64,000 bases of DNA from Hemiscyllium ocellatum. Taxonomy: Eukaryota. This document shows, one piece after another, positions 1 to 13,145 of the stretch (position 1 is the stretch's first letter; each line of letters opens with the position of its first letter). The notes beneath the pieces are model-generated. The model was not told the DNA's origin and did no database searches. It saw only the letters and a list, made by a program, of their open reading frames with translations. The DNA lies in NCBI RefSeq assembly GCF_020745735.1, contig NC_083411.1, positions 20,729,263 through 20,793,262 of the forward strand, in the 5' to 3' direction. A program made the translations under genes and the position numbers.

Positions 1-204
1 TGGAAACGGATCCATAATTCATAAAGTTAGATGATTCTAGCTGAGTTACTTTTGTTGGCCGCTGTTGCGATTGTGTGAATAAGTAAAATAAAATGGGTAA
101 GAACACACCTGGTCTTTCCCAATTGTTTTTGAGATGGAGTCAATACAGGGAAGGTGATGCCCATCAATAGTTGCTTCTCAATGGTAATGGCTAGCCTCCT
201 TTAT

Positions 205-760
205 GTTCTTTCGTAGGATGTGGATATCATTCACATCTGTTGTCTATCCCTAACTGTCTTTGTATTGGGTGACTTGCCGGACCAGTTAAATGCCAGCCAC
301 ATATCTGTGGGCCTGGAGTCACATGTAGGTCAAACCAGCTGAGGGAGGCTGAAGTCCTTTCCTGAAGTATATTAGCAAACTAGGGTGATTGCAACTACAG
401 TCACATGGTAGTATCATGGTCCCTATTGCAATGAGAAGGTTTCAATTCCAGATGTTGAATAATTAAATTTAAAATCTATCAAGTACTATGATAAAATTTG
501 CAGCCATGCCTTCAGATTATTAGCCAGGATCTCTGGATTACTAGGAACAAAGGCTGGAATCTGTATTGAAAGCAGCAAATGCTGAAGATCACAGTGAGTC
601 AGACAGCATCCACGGAGAGAGAGAGAGCAAGATAACGTTTCGAGTCAAGCTGACACAAAGCTCTGATGAAGAGTCATTTAGACTGGAAATGTTAGCTTGC
701 TGCTTGACCCACCGTGATCTCCATCATTTGTCGTTCTCTGGATTAGTGGCGTCATGATGG
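205..760 (-). mobile_element. Old shark SINE (shares its 3' end with a CR1/L2-type LINE), interrupted by a PLE at 543-734
   Basis: Reverse complement of the core seen at 40680-40985 and 43105-43425 (GTCTGGCCTACATGTGACTCCAG...CCCACATCCCATG); further copies at about 2395-2610 (+) and 10030-10340 (-). Confidence 0.6.
543..734. mobile_element. Short fold-back Penelope-like element (family C) with a degraded hammerhead motif
   Basis: 11-bp TSD TCTCTGGATTA (530-540 and 735-745); inverted arms; AAGCT-CTGATGA-A-GAGTC-ATTTA-GACTG-GAAA-T-GTT-AGCTT at 658-698. Confidence 0.65.
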
Positions 761-1495
761 CTCTCCTCCAGTGGTACATTGGAACTACAGGTTTTTTGAC
801 TCAGCTGCAACAAAGAAACAACAATATTTTGTGAAGAACTTAATGTTCCTGGAACATTTTTGTACTTGGCTTTCAAGGTGTTAAAGGCCACAGGGGAGGC
901 AGCTGCTGTCAAAGTAACCTTACAGACTTGTCAATGTAATAGAGGTCTATTGGATGGGCTGGCAACGGAGGGGTCAGTCACTCACTCTTGTGACAGGGAT
1001 TGCAATGAAGAAAAATTGTTCGCATTTAATAGTTTTCCAATAGTTGCATTTAAATTCCATTTGTTGGCAGTGAATTCCCAATGAGATTTGGGCCATGTCA
1101 TCAGAACCATTAATGGCTGTTTCTGCATTTCCAGTCTGGTGACATTACATGCCACTGTTGTCCCTTGACAAGAGCTTTCTGTGAGTTAAATCAATGCATT
1201 CACTACAACGGTAAATCAGAAAAAAAAAACATTCTGATTGAGAATAAAAGCTCTCCTCTGATACAGTGAGTGCTCCTACCCCTGGACTGAGAGACCCAGG
1301 TTCAAGACCCATCTGCTGCAGAGGTGTGTAATGACATCTCTGAACAGGCTGATTGGGAAAAAAAACTAGGTCAAACACTGCCTTTGAAATCTTAAACTCT
1401 GCAACTCTGAGAGTGGGCAGATTTATACCAGTCCACCTGATGGATTTTCACACACAGGGCTATCAAAATCTCTTGATTCAAACAGGAATTCAAGA

Positions 1496-2047
1496 GAGTT
1501 TGGAGAAGATTTGTAGCTTAGGTTGTGGCTGAAAATGTGTTGCTGGAAAAGCGCAGCAGGTCAGGCAGCATCCAAGGAACAGGAAATTCGACGTTTCAGG
1601 AATTCCTGATGAAGGGCTTATGCCCAAAACGTCGAATTTCTTGTTCCTTGGATGCTGCCTGACCTGCTGCGCTTTTCCAGCAACACGTTTTCAGCTCTGA
1701 TCTGCAGACCTCACTTTCTCCTCGAAGATTCCAGCTTAGGTTGTGGGTCAGCTTGTAAGTTTGCTCATTGAACAAGGCTGAACAAAGACAAGCACAGGAA
1801 TTCCTGGAGGCCTGGTATTCAAACCAGAACTCCATTAACAAGCATATCGATTTGGAACCCATTTACCAACCTCTCAGAAACAGAACCGGAAATTATATCA
1901 CCCACCATAAGAAACCAAGACACATAAATAGCAAGCTGGACAGAACACCAGTGCTTCACTGGAGGTTCACTGATGAGGTTACCTCGCCTGGTGATAAAAT
2001 GTCTGAGAACAACCCCATCAGCTCCACGAGCAAACTTACAACCCAAA
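1496..2047 (+). mobile_element. Penelope/Poseidon-type PLE 3' fragment (GIY-YIG C-terminus, degraded hammerhead, inverted pLTR)
   Basis: Translation QEFLEAWYSNQNSINKHIDLEPIYQPL resembles the Penelope endonuclease C-terminus; decayed hammerhead at 1967-2006; GTAAGTTTGCTC (~1755) is the inverse of GAGCAAACTTAC (~2028); 9-bp TSD AATTCAAGA at 1487-1495 and 2048-2056. Confidence 0.8.
1528..1722 (+). mobile_element. Fold-back mini-PLE (Neptune-type family A) nested in the Penelope pLTR
   Basis: Inverted arms GCTGAAAATGTG...; hammerhead 1601-1638 with GAAA>AAAA; imperfect ~23-bp duplication GAAGATT..AGCTTAGGTTGTGG on both sides. Confidence 0.85.
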
Positions 2048-2796
2048 AATTCAAGACTCATGCATGGCAAGATCAGGATGTCTTTGACTGATGATGGCCT
2101 TCAGCAAGGTCAAGCTCAGTGGGCATCAAAGGTAAACTCCTCCTGTAGATCCCTCAGTCTGAAACAGATGAAGATGGGTGTGGCTGCCTGGGGTCCATCA
2201 TCGTCTCAGATGATGCCTGAGGACATCCCTGCAAGAATTCACATATCTTTGACCCTTTGTCTTCAACCTATTCACCACTGACTGTTTACTGACGATTCCA
2301 CAGTGTTCAGCAACAGTCACAATTCATTCTTTAATGAAGCATACAATGCCAGCCTCCAGCATAAGTTAGATTATCCAAAATTCAGTTTTAGGGGAGATAG
2401 TCATATAGAGATAACACCACTAGACTGGTAATCTAGAACTTCAGGCTAATATTCTGGAGACATGGCAGCTGGTAAAATATGAATGCAGTGAAACCCTGGA
2501 ATGAAACAAAAGCCAGCTAAGTGTTTACCATGTACCCACATGGTATCTGGCTTAGATATGACTTCAGACTCACAACAATGTGATTGTCTCTTAATTGCCT
2601 TATGGTCTCACTAACAATATCTGCATTTTATAATTAAGAAGGGAACAAAATTGACAATTGGCATATAAATTGCATGTCATTTAATTGTCGAGTAATACCA
2701 TCCAGACATGGTCAACATGGACCAGTTTGGGCCAAACTATGCTGTAGAACTGTATGACTCTATGACAAGAAAATGCCCATCACTCTCACCAACCTT

Positions 2797-3125
2797 GGGC
2801 AGCACAGTGGCTCAGTGGTTACCACTGTGGCCTCACAGCACCAGAGATCCAAGTTCAACCCTTGCCTTGGGTTACTGTCTGTGTGGATTTTGGACATGTT
2901 CCCGGTGCCTGCATGGGTTTCCTCCGGGTGCTCTGGTTTCATCCCACAAGGCAAAGATGTGCAGGTCAGGTGAATTGGTCTTGCTTAATTTCCCATTGTA
3001 TTAGGTCCATTAGTCAGGGGTAAATATAGGGTTGGGGAATGGGTCTGGGTGCGTTACTCTTCGGAAAGTTGATGTGGACTTGTTGGGCCAAAGGACCTGT
3101 TTCCATACTATAGGGAGTCTAATCT
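2797..3125 (+). mobile_element. HE1-like tRNA-derived V-SINE
   Basis: A box TGGCTCAGTGG, B-box-like GTTCAACCC, V-domain core, LINE-like 3' end. Confidence 0.85.
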
Positions 3126-3195
3126 CATCAAAAACCTTCAATGGCACCATGTGGCCTCCATCATTAGCACCTTGAGGCCATCAATTCCCAGAATA

Positions 3196-3475
3196 GGCTG
3201 CCAGAGGAAGTGGTAGAGGCTGGTACAATTGCAATATTTAAAAGGCATCTGGATGGATCTATGAATAGGAAGGGTTTGGGGGGAGATGGGTCAGGTGCTG
3301 GCAGGTGGGATGAGATTGGGTTGGGATATTTGGTCGGCATGGACGAGTTGGACCGAAGGGTCTGTTTCCATGGCTGCAAATGTGTTGCTGGTCAAAGCAC
3401 AGCAGGTTAGGCAGCATCTCAGGAATAGAGAATTCGACGTTTCGAGCATAAGCCCTTACATCTCTCTGACTCTAA
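3196..3475 (+). mobile_element. CR1 (HER1-like) LINE 3' end interrupted by a PLE family A piece (about 3372-3457)
   Basis: VEAGTIAIFKRHLDG..NRKG C-terminus; 3' UTR split at TTTCCATG / ACATCTC by GCTGCAAATGTGTTGCTGG...AAGCCCTT. Confidence 0.85.
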
Positions 3476-4109
3476 AACTTGGAAATGATGGTATTGGTCT
3501 GAAATGGAGTTCCATTTTTTATGTATACCAGATGAGCTCAGACTAGTTCCACCGTTCCCAGTTTTGACTGGTTTTGGCAGCTCTTTTGCACAACAGCACC
3601 ACCAGGAAGTTGGTGCTTGTTGTGAAAACAACACCCGCTGAGTTCCTTTGAATGAGGGCCCAGGGTTTGCTGCTGTGGTTGTACTTGTCATTGGTACAAA
3701 AGGCCCGTTTTCAGGAAAGGCCCCATTGCCTGTGTTTGTGCATGTGCTTGGCCTGTTCATTGTGTCTTCTTTGTTTATGAATTCAATCGTTGTTAACTTG
3801 ATCTAAAAGCTCCACCTCAAAAGATTTGAGTAAATAAAGCCGAAACATTGAAAAGATTTGCAAACCCTAATGTTAGACTAGCTGCAAAGCTTACATGTAA
3901 TTTGTTGTTTGAAGACATCAAGGATGATGCAAGATCATTGAAACTCAATCAAATTTGAGGTTTGAGTTCTATTTTATAATACCTATCGCCATTTCACGTT
4001 AGAGGTTTGCATGGAATCCTTCTGTCTGCTGTCACTCATAGTTAAAGCTGAGAAAGTAAAATTAATCAGTTATAAACTTTATTTGTTGTAGCAAGTAACA
4101 AAAAGGAAG

Positions 4110-4370
4110 TTAGGCATTTAAGTAGCTCCTTTCCTGACCTCACGACATCTAAACGCTGCTGAAGTACTTTTGAAATGTTGTTAATGTAGGAAAAACAGGA
4201 GTCAATGAGTGGAAAGTAAACACTCAGAAACAGCAATGAGCAGGTAATCTAGTTTCATTCAGTGATGTTGGTGTAAGGATAAAGGTTGGCAAGGTGATGA
4301 GGGGAACTACCCTGTGGTGCCTGATAAAGTGATAAAGGATCTTTCACATCAACCTGAAATAAGAGAGAAG
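4110..4370 (-). mobile_element. Ancient DeuSINE (SacSINE1/AmnSINE1-like) remnant
   Basis: GAAGTACTTTTGAAATG...AATGTAGGAAA...CAGCAATGA...GTGATGTTGG resembles the Deu domain; related pieces at about 13725-13830, 14545-14835 and 62380-62620. Confidence 0.6.
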
Positions 4371-5302
4371 TAATGTGCTCCTACAGGTGAATGCACACAC
4401 TGGAGACATTGAGTTTGTGAATCTGGCCTCCCTGAGACTTGACTCCCTTGATACCTCACGCAAACTATTAAATCTATTTACACTTACAGCTCAATTCAGC
4501 AAACTCCATCATCCGAGGAATGCACAGAGTTTGCCCGGGAGGCCCCGAAGACAATGTAAAGACCCCTCAAAGTAACCGACATTGCAGTCAGTTTGCAGAT
4601 GTTTTAATTAAAAGTAAACAACTATGTTTCCGTTGGTATTGCACACAATCACGTGAGGAATAAACTTCTCTGTGTACAGTAAAAGATAGAATTTGAGTTA
4701 GAAGAAAGATGTTCGAAACTCAGCCCACTGGGCCACCCAGTGGTAAGAGAGTGCCATTACATTGTGGTCGTTGGAATAGGAAAATTGGATTGGTAATGTT
4801 GGCAAAATGATCGTTGTGAATGAAAACCACAGAGATAGGAAATAATGCTTATGGGCAGACCATGCATGGCCTGAAATTGTTTTTGAATTATGCATGGGAA
4901 TGTTGGCACAGTAAAGCCATCCCCTCCTGCCTGGCTGAGTGCAGATCTAACAACATCCAGGAAGCTGCATACTATCCAGGATAAAAGCAACCCACTTTAG
5001 TGCTACCACCGTCAATATTTACTCTACCACCAGGGAGGACAAGGGCAGCAAATACATGGCAACACAGTGACCTGCAAGAACCCCCTCCAAAATGCTCACA
5101 GTCCTGATTTGGACATTTATTGTCTTTCCTTCAGTATCATGGGGTCAAATTATTGGAATTCCCTGCATGACAGCTACTATGTGAGTCTCTAGCCAAATAT
5201 GGATTGCATAGCTCACCATTAACTTCTCAAGACAATTAGTGACAGTCTTGTCAGGAATGCCCATATCCCAAGCCTTTTTTATTTTGAATATTATTTACAG
5301 TG

Positions 5303-5622
5303 TAGAATCCCTACGGTGTGGAAGCACGCCATTTGGCCCATCAACTCCACACCACCCCTTTGAAGGGCATCTCACCCAGACCCAACCAAACCCTGTAACT
5401 CCACATATCCCATGGCCAATCCACCTAGCCTACGCATCCCTGGACACTATGGGCAATTAAGCATGGCAAATCCACCTAAGCTGCACATCTTTGGACTGTG
5501 GGAGGAAACCACGGGGAGAAAATGCAAACTCCACACAGACAGTGGCCTGAGCATACAATCGAACCCAGGTCCCTGAGCACTGTGAGGCAGCAGTGCTAAC
5601 CACTGAGCCACTGTGCCACCCC
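5303..5622 (-). mobile_element. HE1-like V-SINE
   Basis: Reverse complement of the tRNA head, V core and tail. Confidence 0.85.
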
Positions 5623-6534
5623 AGTGGCCTCTCAGAATCTAACACTTACCATTTCTTTCCCTCAATGGCAGCAAAGTCCATTAAGCTGAATGACTTCTTT
5701 CTGTGCACTTGACTTTAGTTGTATGCTGTATGCAAATATATTTTATAATGCATGAGAATATATTCAATCCCATATTCAGATCACTGCAAGGCATGATCAT
5801 TTCAACTCCCACAACTGCAGCTCTGTCAGGACAGATTCCATCAAATATTCCAGTTGTAGATGCAGAGGGGACAAGAGCCAAACAGGTAGCTCCTGGAAAA
5901 TCCGTGGAATTTATCAGCTTAAGATGTAATTTGATCAAAGTATTCAAGATGTTAAGATGAGTTACTTAGATAAACTATGATAGCTGTTTGAGACATCTAC
6001 AGCAAAGGAGCATTGCCAGACTTCTAGCTAGGTCGTTCAGGAGTGAAACCAGGGTGATATTAGTTTAGAACTCTCTGAGCAAGCAATTGATTCTGGATCA
6101 GTTGTTCATTTTTAAAAATGAGATTGATGGATCTTTTGTTATCCACTAATGGTAAGGGGATGCGAAGGAAAGTGACATCTGAGGTTAGGTCATAGATTAG
6201 CCACTGACTGGGAGAAAAGGCTTGATGAAAAATTCCCATTCATGCTCTTGTGTTCCTAAGAAATCTCTTGAAATTTACAAAAGCTTGAATGGTAAGTCAC
6301 CAAGAGTCAGATGTTCGATTCGCTGTGTTATCTGCACTTGTCTGTGTAATTCCTTTCTTAATGATTGCTCCAAATTCAAATTTGTTTTTGTTAGTTTTTT
6401 TGTTGGTTTATTTCCTTCTTTCCCTGAAAAGATGTTAATTTAACGTCCAGGACGGTTCTTCAGGCAAAAACTGCATTCTTAAATCTTACCTCAGTGTTCA
6501 TTCACCTTGTGTTTGGTGCAGGCATTGACGTAAG

Positions 6535-6980
6535 TTCAGGAGTGCAACAAAATTTTCCAGACTGATTCCTGGGATGGCAGACTGACATATGAAGAGAGAC
6601 TGGATTAGTTAGGATGATATTCTCGGGGCTTTCGGAGAATGAAAGGGGTCTCATCGAAACCTGTAAAATTCTAACAGGGCTGGACAGGTATAATGCAGAA
6701 ATGATGTTCCAGATGGTGGGGGAATCCAGAAATATGAGTCCCAGTCTAAGAATACACGATAAGTCGTTAGGACATGGATGAGGAAATATTTTCACCCAGA
6801 GAATGATGAATCTGTGGAATTCTCTGCAACAGACTCGGATGAGGGCAAAACAATGAATATTTTCAAGGAGTTAGAGATAATTCCTAATCAAAGGGTATGG
6901 GGAGAAATGTAGGAACTGGCTATAGATTTGGATGAGCAGACATGTTGATAATTCCTCTTCCTATTTTCTATGTTTCCATG
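6535..6980 (+). mobile_element. Older CR1 LINE 3' fragment
   Basis: Degenerate RGDLIE.YKI..GLDR and FTQR..NLWNSL motifs plus 3' UTR. Confidence 0.75.
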
Positions 6981-7647
6981 TAACTAATAAGATCAGAATT
7001 AGGTCATTTGGACCTTCCAGCCTTCTCCACTATCCAATAAGATCATGATGATTCAATTGTGACATTGACTCCACCTCGCTGCCTTCCCATCAATTCCTCC
7101 CTAACCCCTCACACCCCCTTTATGCTTGACATTTTTGCAGGTTAGAAATCTGTCCATCTCAGCCATGCATGTATTCAATGAACCATTCTCCACCTCTCCC
7201 TGCAGTGCAGAATTCCAAAGAAGAATAGTCCTCATCATCGCTTTCCTAAATGGAAGATTCCTCATTTTGAAACCTTAATTTTAGCTTCCCCAACAAGGAA
7301 GAAAACCTCAGTAAATATCTGGGCAATCTCCCCAACCCAACCCCCCTCACACCTCACCACCTCAGTTTACCTGTTTTTAGGATTATGTGTCATTTTTTAA
7401 AACTCCACTAAATACAGGCCAAACGAGTGTAACTTCTCCTCACAAGAGTTCCCAGTAATTAATCCAGTCACCTTTTACCAAACAGCCTTCAATGTAAGGA
7501 CAGTGAGTAGTGGCAAGGTTAATAATTTATGGAGGAAAGGATATAATACCTGAACTGAATCCTGCCCATGGCCAATGCCCAGCTAAAGACTCAGAACAAA
7601 GGCTCCTAAAAGCATTCGGAAATTGGAGCCATTTCTGCTTTTAATGA

Positions 7648-7765
7648 TTTGGAGGAACCGGTGTTGGACTGGGATGGGCAAAGTTAAAAATCACACAACA
7701 CCAAAGCACTAGCTTTCTCAATAAACCCGTTGGACCATAACCTGGTGTTGTGTGATTTTTAGCTT
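7648..7765. mobile_element. Fold-back mini-PLE (family B)
   Basis: 12-bp TSD TGCTTTTAATGA (7636-7647 and 7766-7777); arms AAAAATCACACAACACCA / TGGTGTTGTGTGATTTTT; related copies at about 28000-28155 and 45785-45875 keep decayed hammerhead-like cores. Confidence 0.7.
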
Positions 7766-9927
7766 TGCTTTTAATGAGGTCAAGGTGAATGGTGCTGAGG
7801 ACATTTGTGATGTCCAAATTGATGCCCCGTTGAAATGAACTATCACAGCAGGTCCTATACATTAAAGCCGAAATCCAAAAGGTGAGCCACAGATCTCATT
7901 GTGAGTAACCCAGGATTGATATTTAACCATATGGCCACATCCCGTGGCAAAGCTGTCCATCTGGAAAATATTAAATGGTGCATTCGCTATTATATCTCCA
8001 AAGCTACATGAAGGGATTTACTTAAAGTAAAATCAGAGAATAAACATATTGCATTCCGATATGTATTGGTATGATTTCACAAGTAGCACTCCTTGAGGGT
8101 GCTGCCCCTCACTGGGAGTGTTGGATGGCAGGAATTGGTGTTCTGGTTCAGTATTAGATTTTCTTATCTGATTCATGCTCCTATGACATGTCTTGGTATA
8201 TTATACCATGTTGCAGACAATTTATCAGTGCAAGTTGTAAAATATGACATAGTATATTAATGGTATACTGTATCTGGAAGCATTCCACAAGGTATTATAG
8301 TCTAGATCTTTCTTATGTTTGGGTGTCATTAGCTGATGTGAAACAATGCAGCTGATATCTTTTTTAAGAAAAGCTTCGCCTAGTTTCTCAGAATGGACAA
8401 GTTTCTTCAGCCGAATACATGACCCTTTATCTTAACCCTTACTGAACAAGATGCAGAATTGATGTAGGTCTTTCAGGTACATTGGAGGTTCTTTGACTCT
8501 CCTCTGGGCTGTTACACGTGCAATACCTGAGCTCAAATATTCAGTGAAACCAATGTATCCAATCATATATTGGTAAGTGCCAAATTAATGTTTTTGTGTT
8601 TAATGAAGTTAATTTATTTAATGTGAAGGATTTACAAAACCGTCGGCTCTCTCCATTTTCATCTATTCTTAGCTCTTGTTTACTGTTTCCATCTCATGTG
8701 CAAAATCTGAAAAAGCTCATTTACTTTATCGTATGCTCTTCCTCTGGACCCCACAGAACAGTACCTTGGCCTAAACCTTATGTCTTTGGGAAAGGAAGGG
8801 TGAAAGTGTTTTTTAATAAGTAACCTAAACAGAGTGTTCTTTCTCGATGAGTACATCAGTGGTCGACAAAGCTGTGATTGTGAGCAGAGTGATCTAAGCA
8901 CAGGATAACAGATGGTTGGCACTGTGTAACAAGACACGAATGCAAATAAGCAGCTTTGACAATGTCATAAGCAGTAAGCTGTACGTGTTTGCCAAACACC
9001 AACCTCATCCCGACATTGAAGTATTGTCTTACAATGAGTATGGGACATCTGAGGGAAGAAATTCTAACTTGAATCTGGAACTGGCTGTAAGCTGGTTAGT
9101 AGGGGACAACAGTTGGGTGAGCAGGACAGGGAAAATTTTAAGGTGGGAACACTTCAACTGGGCTTTTTCCCCTCTATGGGTAAATCATAACCTACAGGGG
9201 TTAGGATATTTCTTTCAGCTTCACCCCATCTATCAGGATGCCACAGAACAGGCTGGATGTAGAATCTGAAGAAGCCACAACTTCTTCCACTCAGTGCTGG
9301 CAAACTCAAAATTCTCCGAACTGATGGATGCAAAATGGTCTTCCAGGCCCCATAAATCAGACTCAATGAAAAGCAGTGAAGCGGAAACCTTGCCTGTCTC
9401 CACTGCCAATTAAAGTATAAAAGTATCATTCTGAAATTCCACTGGCTCTCACTGGGCAGATGGCCATCTAGTACCAATAATTGCATGTTGCTTATGCACT
9501 TAAATCCAAATAATCCCAAATCCTAATGTTTTAGGTGGGAGTCATTGCCCTTCTGGCAACTTCACAAACATTGTCTTTATCTCCTTCATTTTTAAGTGAA
9601 TAATATCTTTTTTTTAAATCAAAAGGAATTTGACTAAGTTCCATATCCTCTTGTGTAGGAGACTTGCTGTGGTTTTAAACATCTTTACTTTTCTCTCGGC
9701 TCTTGTTAAACTAACCAGTCCCTCATTGATTTCTCCATGGCAATAAATATGCTTAGTGCTGTTGTATAGCCAAACAGCTTTTATTTTTTATGTCTGTATC
9801 CTTTACTCTAGTTCACTCTCTGCTTCCAATATGCAATGTTTTCATGCTGTATTAACCTTGCTCTTGCTGTCCATTATTTCCCTTTTCATCCCTGCCATGA
9901 ACCTATGAGTTTTCTGATTGATTGTTT

Positions 9928-9972
9928 TGTGTGAGTGTGTGTGTGTGTGTGTGTGGGAGTGTGTGTGTGTGT

Positions 9973-10014
<42 letters not shown>
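9928..10014. repeat. Compound microsatellite (TG)n(AG)n
   Basis: Directly visible. Confidence 0.97.
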
Positions 10015-10019
<5 letters not shown>

Positions 10020-10370
10020 GTATCTCCAGCAAGACCAATTGCTCATTTCACTGTGGGTTTAAGAGTCAGTCAACTGCTGTGGAGCTGGAGAAATATGCAG
10101 GCCAAACCAAGTCAGGATGGTACATTTCCTTCCCCAAAGAACATTAGAGAACCAAATGGGTGTTTGCAACTATGAATAATAGTCTCATGGTGACCATGAC
10201 TGAGACTAGTTTCCAATTCCAGATTTTATTAATTAAATTTTAACTCTTCCAGCTGTAGATTTAGGATTTGAATCCACTTCCCCAGAGTATCAGCCTGAGA
10301 TTTGGGATTATTACTCCAGTGGTGTCATCACTATGTCACTATTGCCCATATATTGTCCATTACTCATATG

Positions 10371-11025
10371 AGTGATGATATCATCGCTTAAAGAGGTATA
10401 TTTTGTCCTGGTTTTTTTCTGAAAAGAGGTTGAAACAGAGGGACTAAGTGGTCTGTTCCCAGCCAATAAAGAAAACAGCTTTTGAGGCCTTGGATTTTTT
10501 TTAAAAGTTAGAACAATAGAAGCAGCATGAAGGGGTGGGGTCAAGTTCCCATAGAACTGGGATCTTAGTTTAACTCTCAGTAGCTGTTGAGGTTTGGAAG
10601 CTGCTATATATTCTCCCTGCTACAACAAAACACTAAGGTTCTCTCTCACACACAAAGTTTTCTCTTGGTGTTCTTTCATCTAGAGTGGAGAATTGTATGT
10701 GAGACTAAATATTTTTTTGAATTTGCCTTTGTCAAGGGAGTGTTTATGGATTGTTGCCATAAGGGAACAGTTGCCGTTTAGTAGTTAAATAATGTATTAT
10801 TCTGTTCATTTTTCTAGTAGAGCCAAGTTATTCCAATTTTTCTTTGTTTTATTGGTATTTTATAACATAGTGTATGAATAAAGGACGTTTTACTTCAAGA
10901 CTGATAGTTTGACTATTGAATTGCATCTAGAACACAGCACCTTACATTTACCTTTAAAATAAGAAAAAGTTGGGGAAGAGGTGATCTTCATGATATATTT
11001 TATGGGGATTAGTCTGGTCCGCAAT
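10371..11025 (+). mobile_element. Probable solo LTR
   Basis: TATA-like CTATATA (~10604), AATAAA (~10877), end resembling GTCTGGTCC..AACA; recognition only. Confidence 0.45.
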
Positions 11026-12379
11026 ATATGGCTTTCCATACCAGTGTTTCTGGTCTGTTTTATTTGACCTTAAAAATGCTCTTCCTTCTCTCACTTACTC
11101 CATCCCCCTTTCTCTTGTTCCCCCTTCTGTCCCTTAGCCACTTCATCATATGCATTGCCAAGCTCCCTTTGCCTCACTTTTTCAGATTCCTAGTTGCTGC
11201 ACTGACAACAAGGAGGTGAAGGTTTTACTGGTACATGTCAGGATGAGTTACGTTGCATCCAGATGTAACTAGTTTGTCTTTGAAACTGACAGGGTGTGAC
11301 TTGCTGTATAATGAGGCACAAATTAAGTATATGAGAAAGCAATTGGTTCAAGTTGGCAGTGAAATTGCAAAGCAATACTACAGGTGTTCAGTAATATTTT
11401 AGAATTGTTGTGAAACAATGGACAAACTGGTTAGAGCAATTGATGCACACGAAAAGAAATATTTCTCGTATGACACTTTTCCTTTCCAATTACTTACTTT
11501 CCCCCTCATTGTTAGAGGAGGCCCCTCATGTTGAGGGTACAGTTCCACAACAACCGACAATTGTCAGATTGTCAAATCAGTGGCAGTATGACATTGGCTT
11601 CCCCTTCCCTGGCTTTAACCCTGGTACACTGAGATCATTCTCATTATCCTATACTGAGAAGTAGGATTAGTTGCTCTCTGTCATTTTATTTCCTCTTGGT
11701 TGGAATATACTGTAACTCAGGAAAAGATAAAGAGACAGGATACTGGTGTTTTCCTGGATGACCACTGCTGGCACCTTGTGGTACTTATCAACTCAACCAG
11801 GGATGTTGTACTAGCTGAAGGCTGTTTGAGGTAATTAACTGACACCAATCCTCCTTTGACTTTACTTTATCGTGGGACTGTATAGTGATTAGTGATAGAG
11901 GATACATCACTACTGTATGTACATAGGCACTGTTCATAGATACATGTTTGTCGCATGAAAGTGTTATTATCCTACCTGATGGTAATATTGGACAAGTCAG
12001 ATGATAAAACCTGGTTTCATAGACCATAAGTTTTTTTTTTAACTGCAGAGGTCAGTAACAGAATGTATTCACTGTATGCTATCAATGTGCTTTTAACAAA
12101 AGAGCATCATAATATATTACACAAATGAAAACCATAGGGCTTATTACTGTAGACAAAAAATGTTTGAATTCTCCCTCTACAAACATCAAAAAGGAGGATT
12201 CATCCCTTTCATTCCAGCAATATAGATGCTTCAACTTCAGTTAAACCTTACCCCCATTTCTAACTCGATATCTAAATCTACATGCTCAGCAATCAGTCAG
12301 TGAGGTAGACTCTGAACTACTTGCCTAGTCTTTCTAGACTCCCACACCTGCCATCCACTCACCCTCTGCCTGATCATCC

Positions 12380-12850
12380 CTGGATGATCCCTGGAATCGT
12401 AGGTCTAATATATGAGGATCGGCTGAGGATCCTGGGATTGAATTCATTGGAGTTTAGAAGATTGAGGGGAGACTTAATAGCAACGTACAAGATAATACAT
12501 GGCTTGGAAAGAGTGGACGCTAGGAAATTGTTTCCATTAGGCAAGGAGACTAGGACCCGTGGACACAGCCTTAGAATTAGAGGGGGTCAATTCAGAACAG
12601 AAATGTGGAGACATTTCTTCAGCCAGAGGGTGGTTGGCCTATGGAATTCATTGCCACGCAGTGCAGTGGAGGCCGGGACGCTAAATATCTTCAAGGCAGA
12701 GATCGATAGATTCTTGTTGTCTCGAGGAATTAAGGGCTACGGGGAGAATGCTGTTAAGTGAAGTTGAAATGCCCATCAGCCATGATTGAATGGTGGAGTG
12801 GACTCGATGGGCCGAATGGCCTTACTTCCACTCCTATGTCTTATGGTCTT
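12380..12850 (+). mobile_element. CR1 LINE 3' fragment (separate subfamily)
   Basis: YEDRLRILGLNSLEFRRLRGDLIATYKI...FSQRVVGLWNSLP; (TCTTATG)-like tail. Confidence 0.9.
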
Positions 12851-12869
12851 ATCTTACTGTATAATGTGA

Positions 12870-13145
12870 TCATTTTGTTAAATGTAGCATCCACGTATTT
12901 CTGAGCTTCATGGATCCAGCCATTGCTCGACCTCCAAAACCTAGAGCTCAGGTTTTTCCAGCTGGACACATTGCTGCAGATGTGATTGACGAGGCCATAT
13001 AAAACATCCTTAACTTCCCGCATGACACAGGCTGGGCATTCTGCACAGCTGAGCTATCCTACTATGCCATTAAGTGTTTTAAGACTATTTACTTTCAACT
13101 GGAAATGAGAAAGCAGAGAATAAAATTGCTCACTAATCAGCTCCA
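12870..13145 (-). mobile_element. CR1 5' UTR / ORF1 N-terminal remnant
   Basis: Minus strand AECPACVMREV...HICS resembles the Cys-rich start of CR1 ORF1. Confidence 0.5.

Noticed and set aside
3419-3800. 113-aa minus-strand ORF (MNRPSTC...)
   Set aside because: No recognisable domain, low complexity, and it runs into PLE sequence
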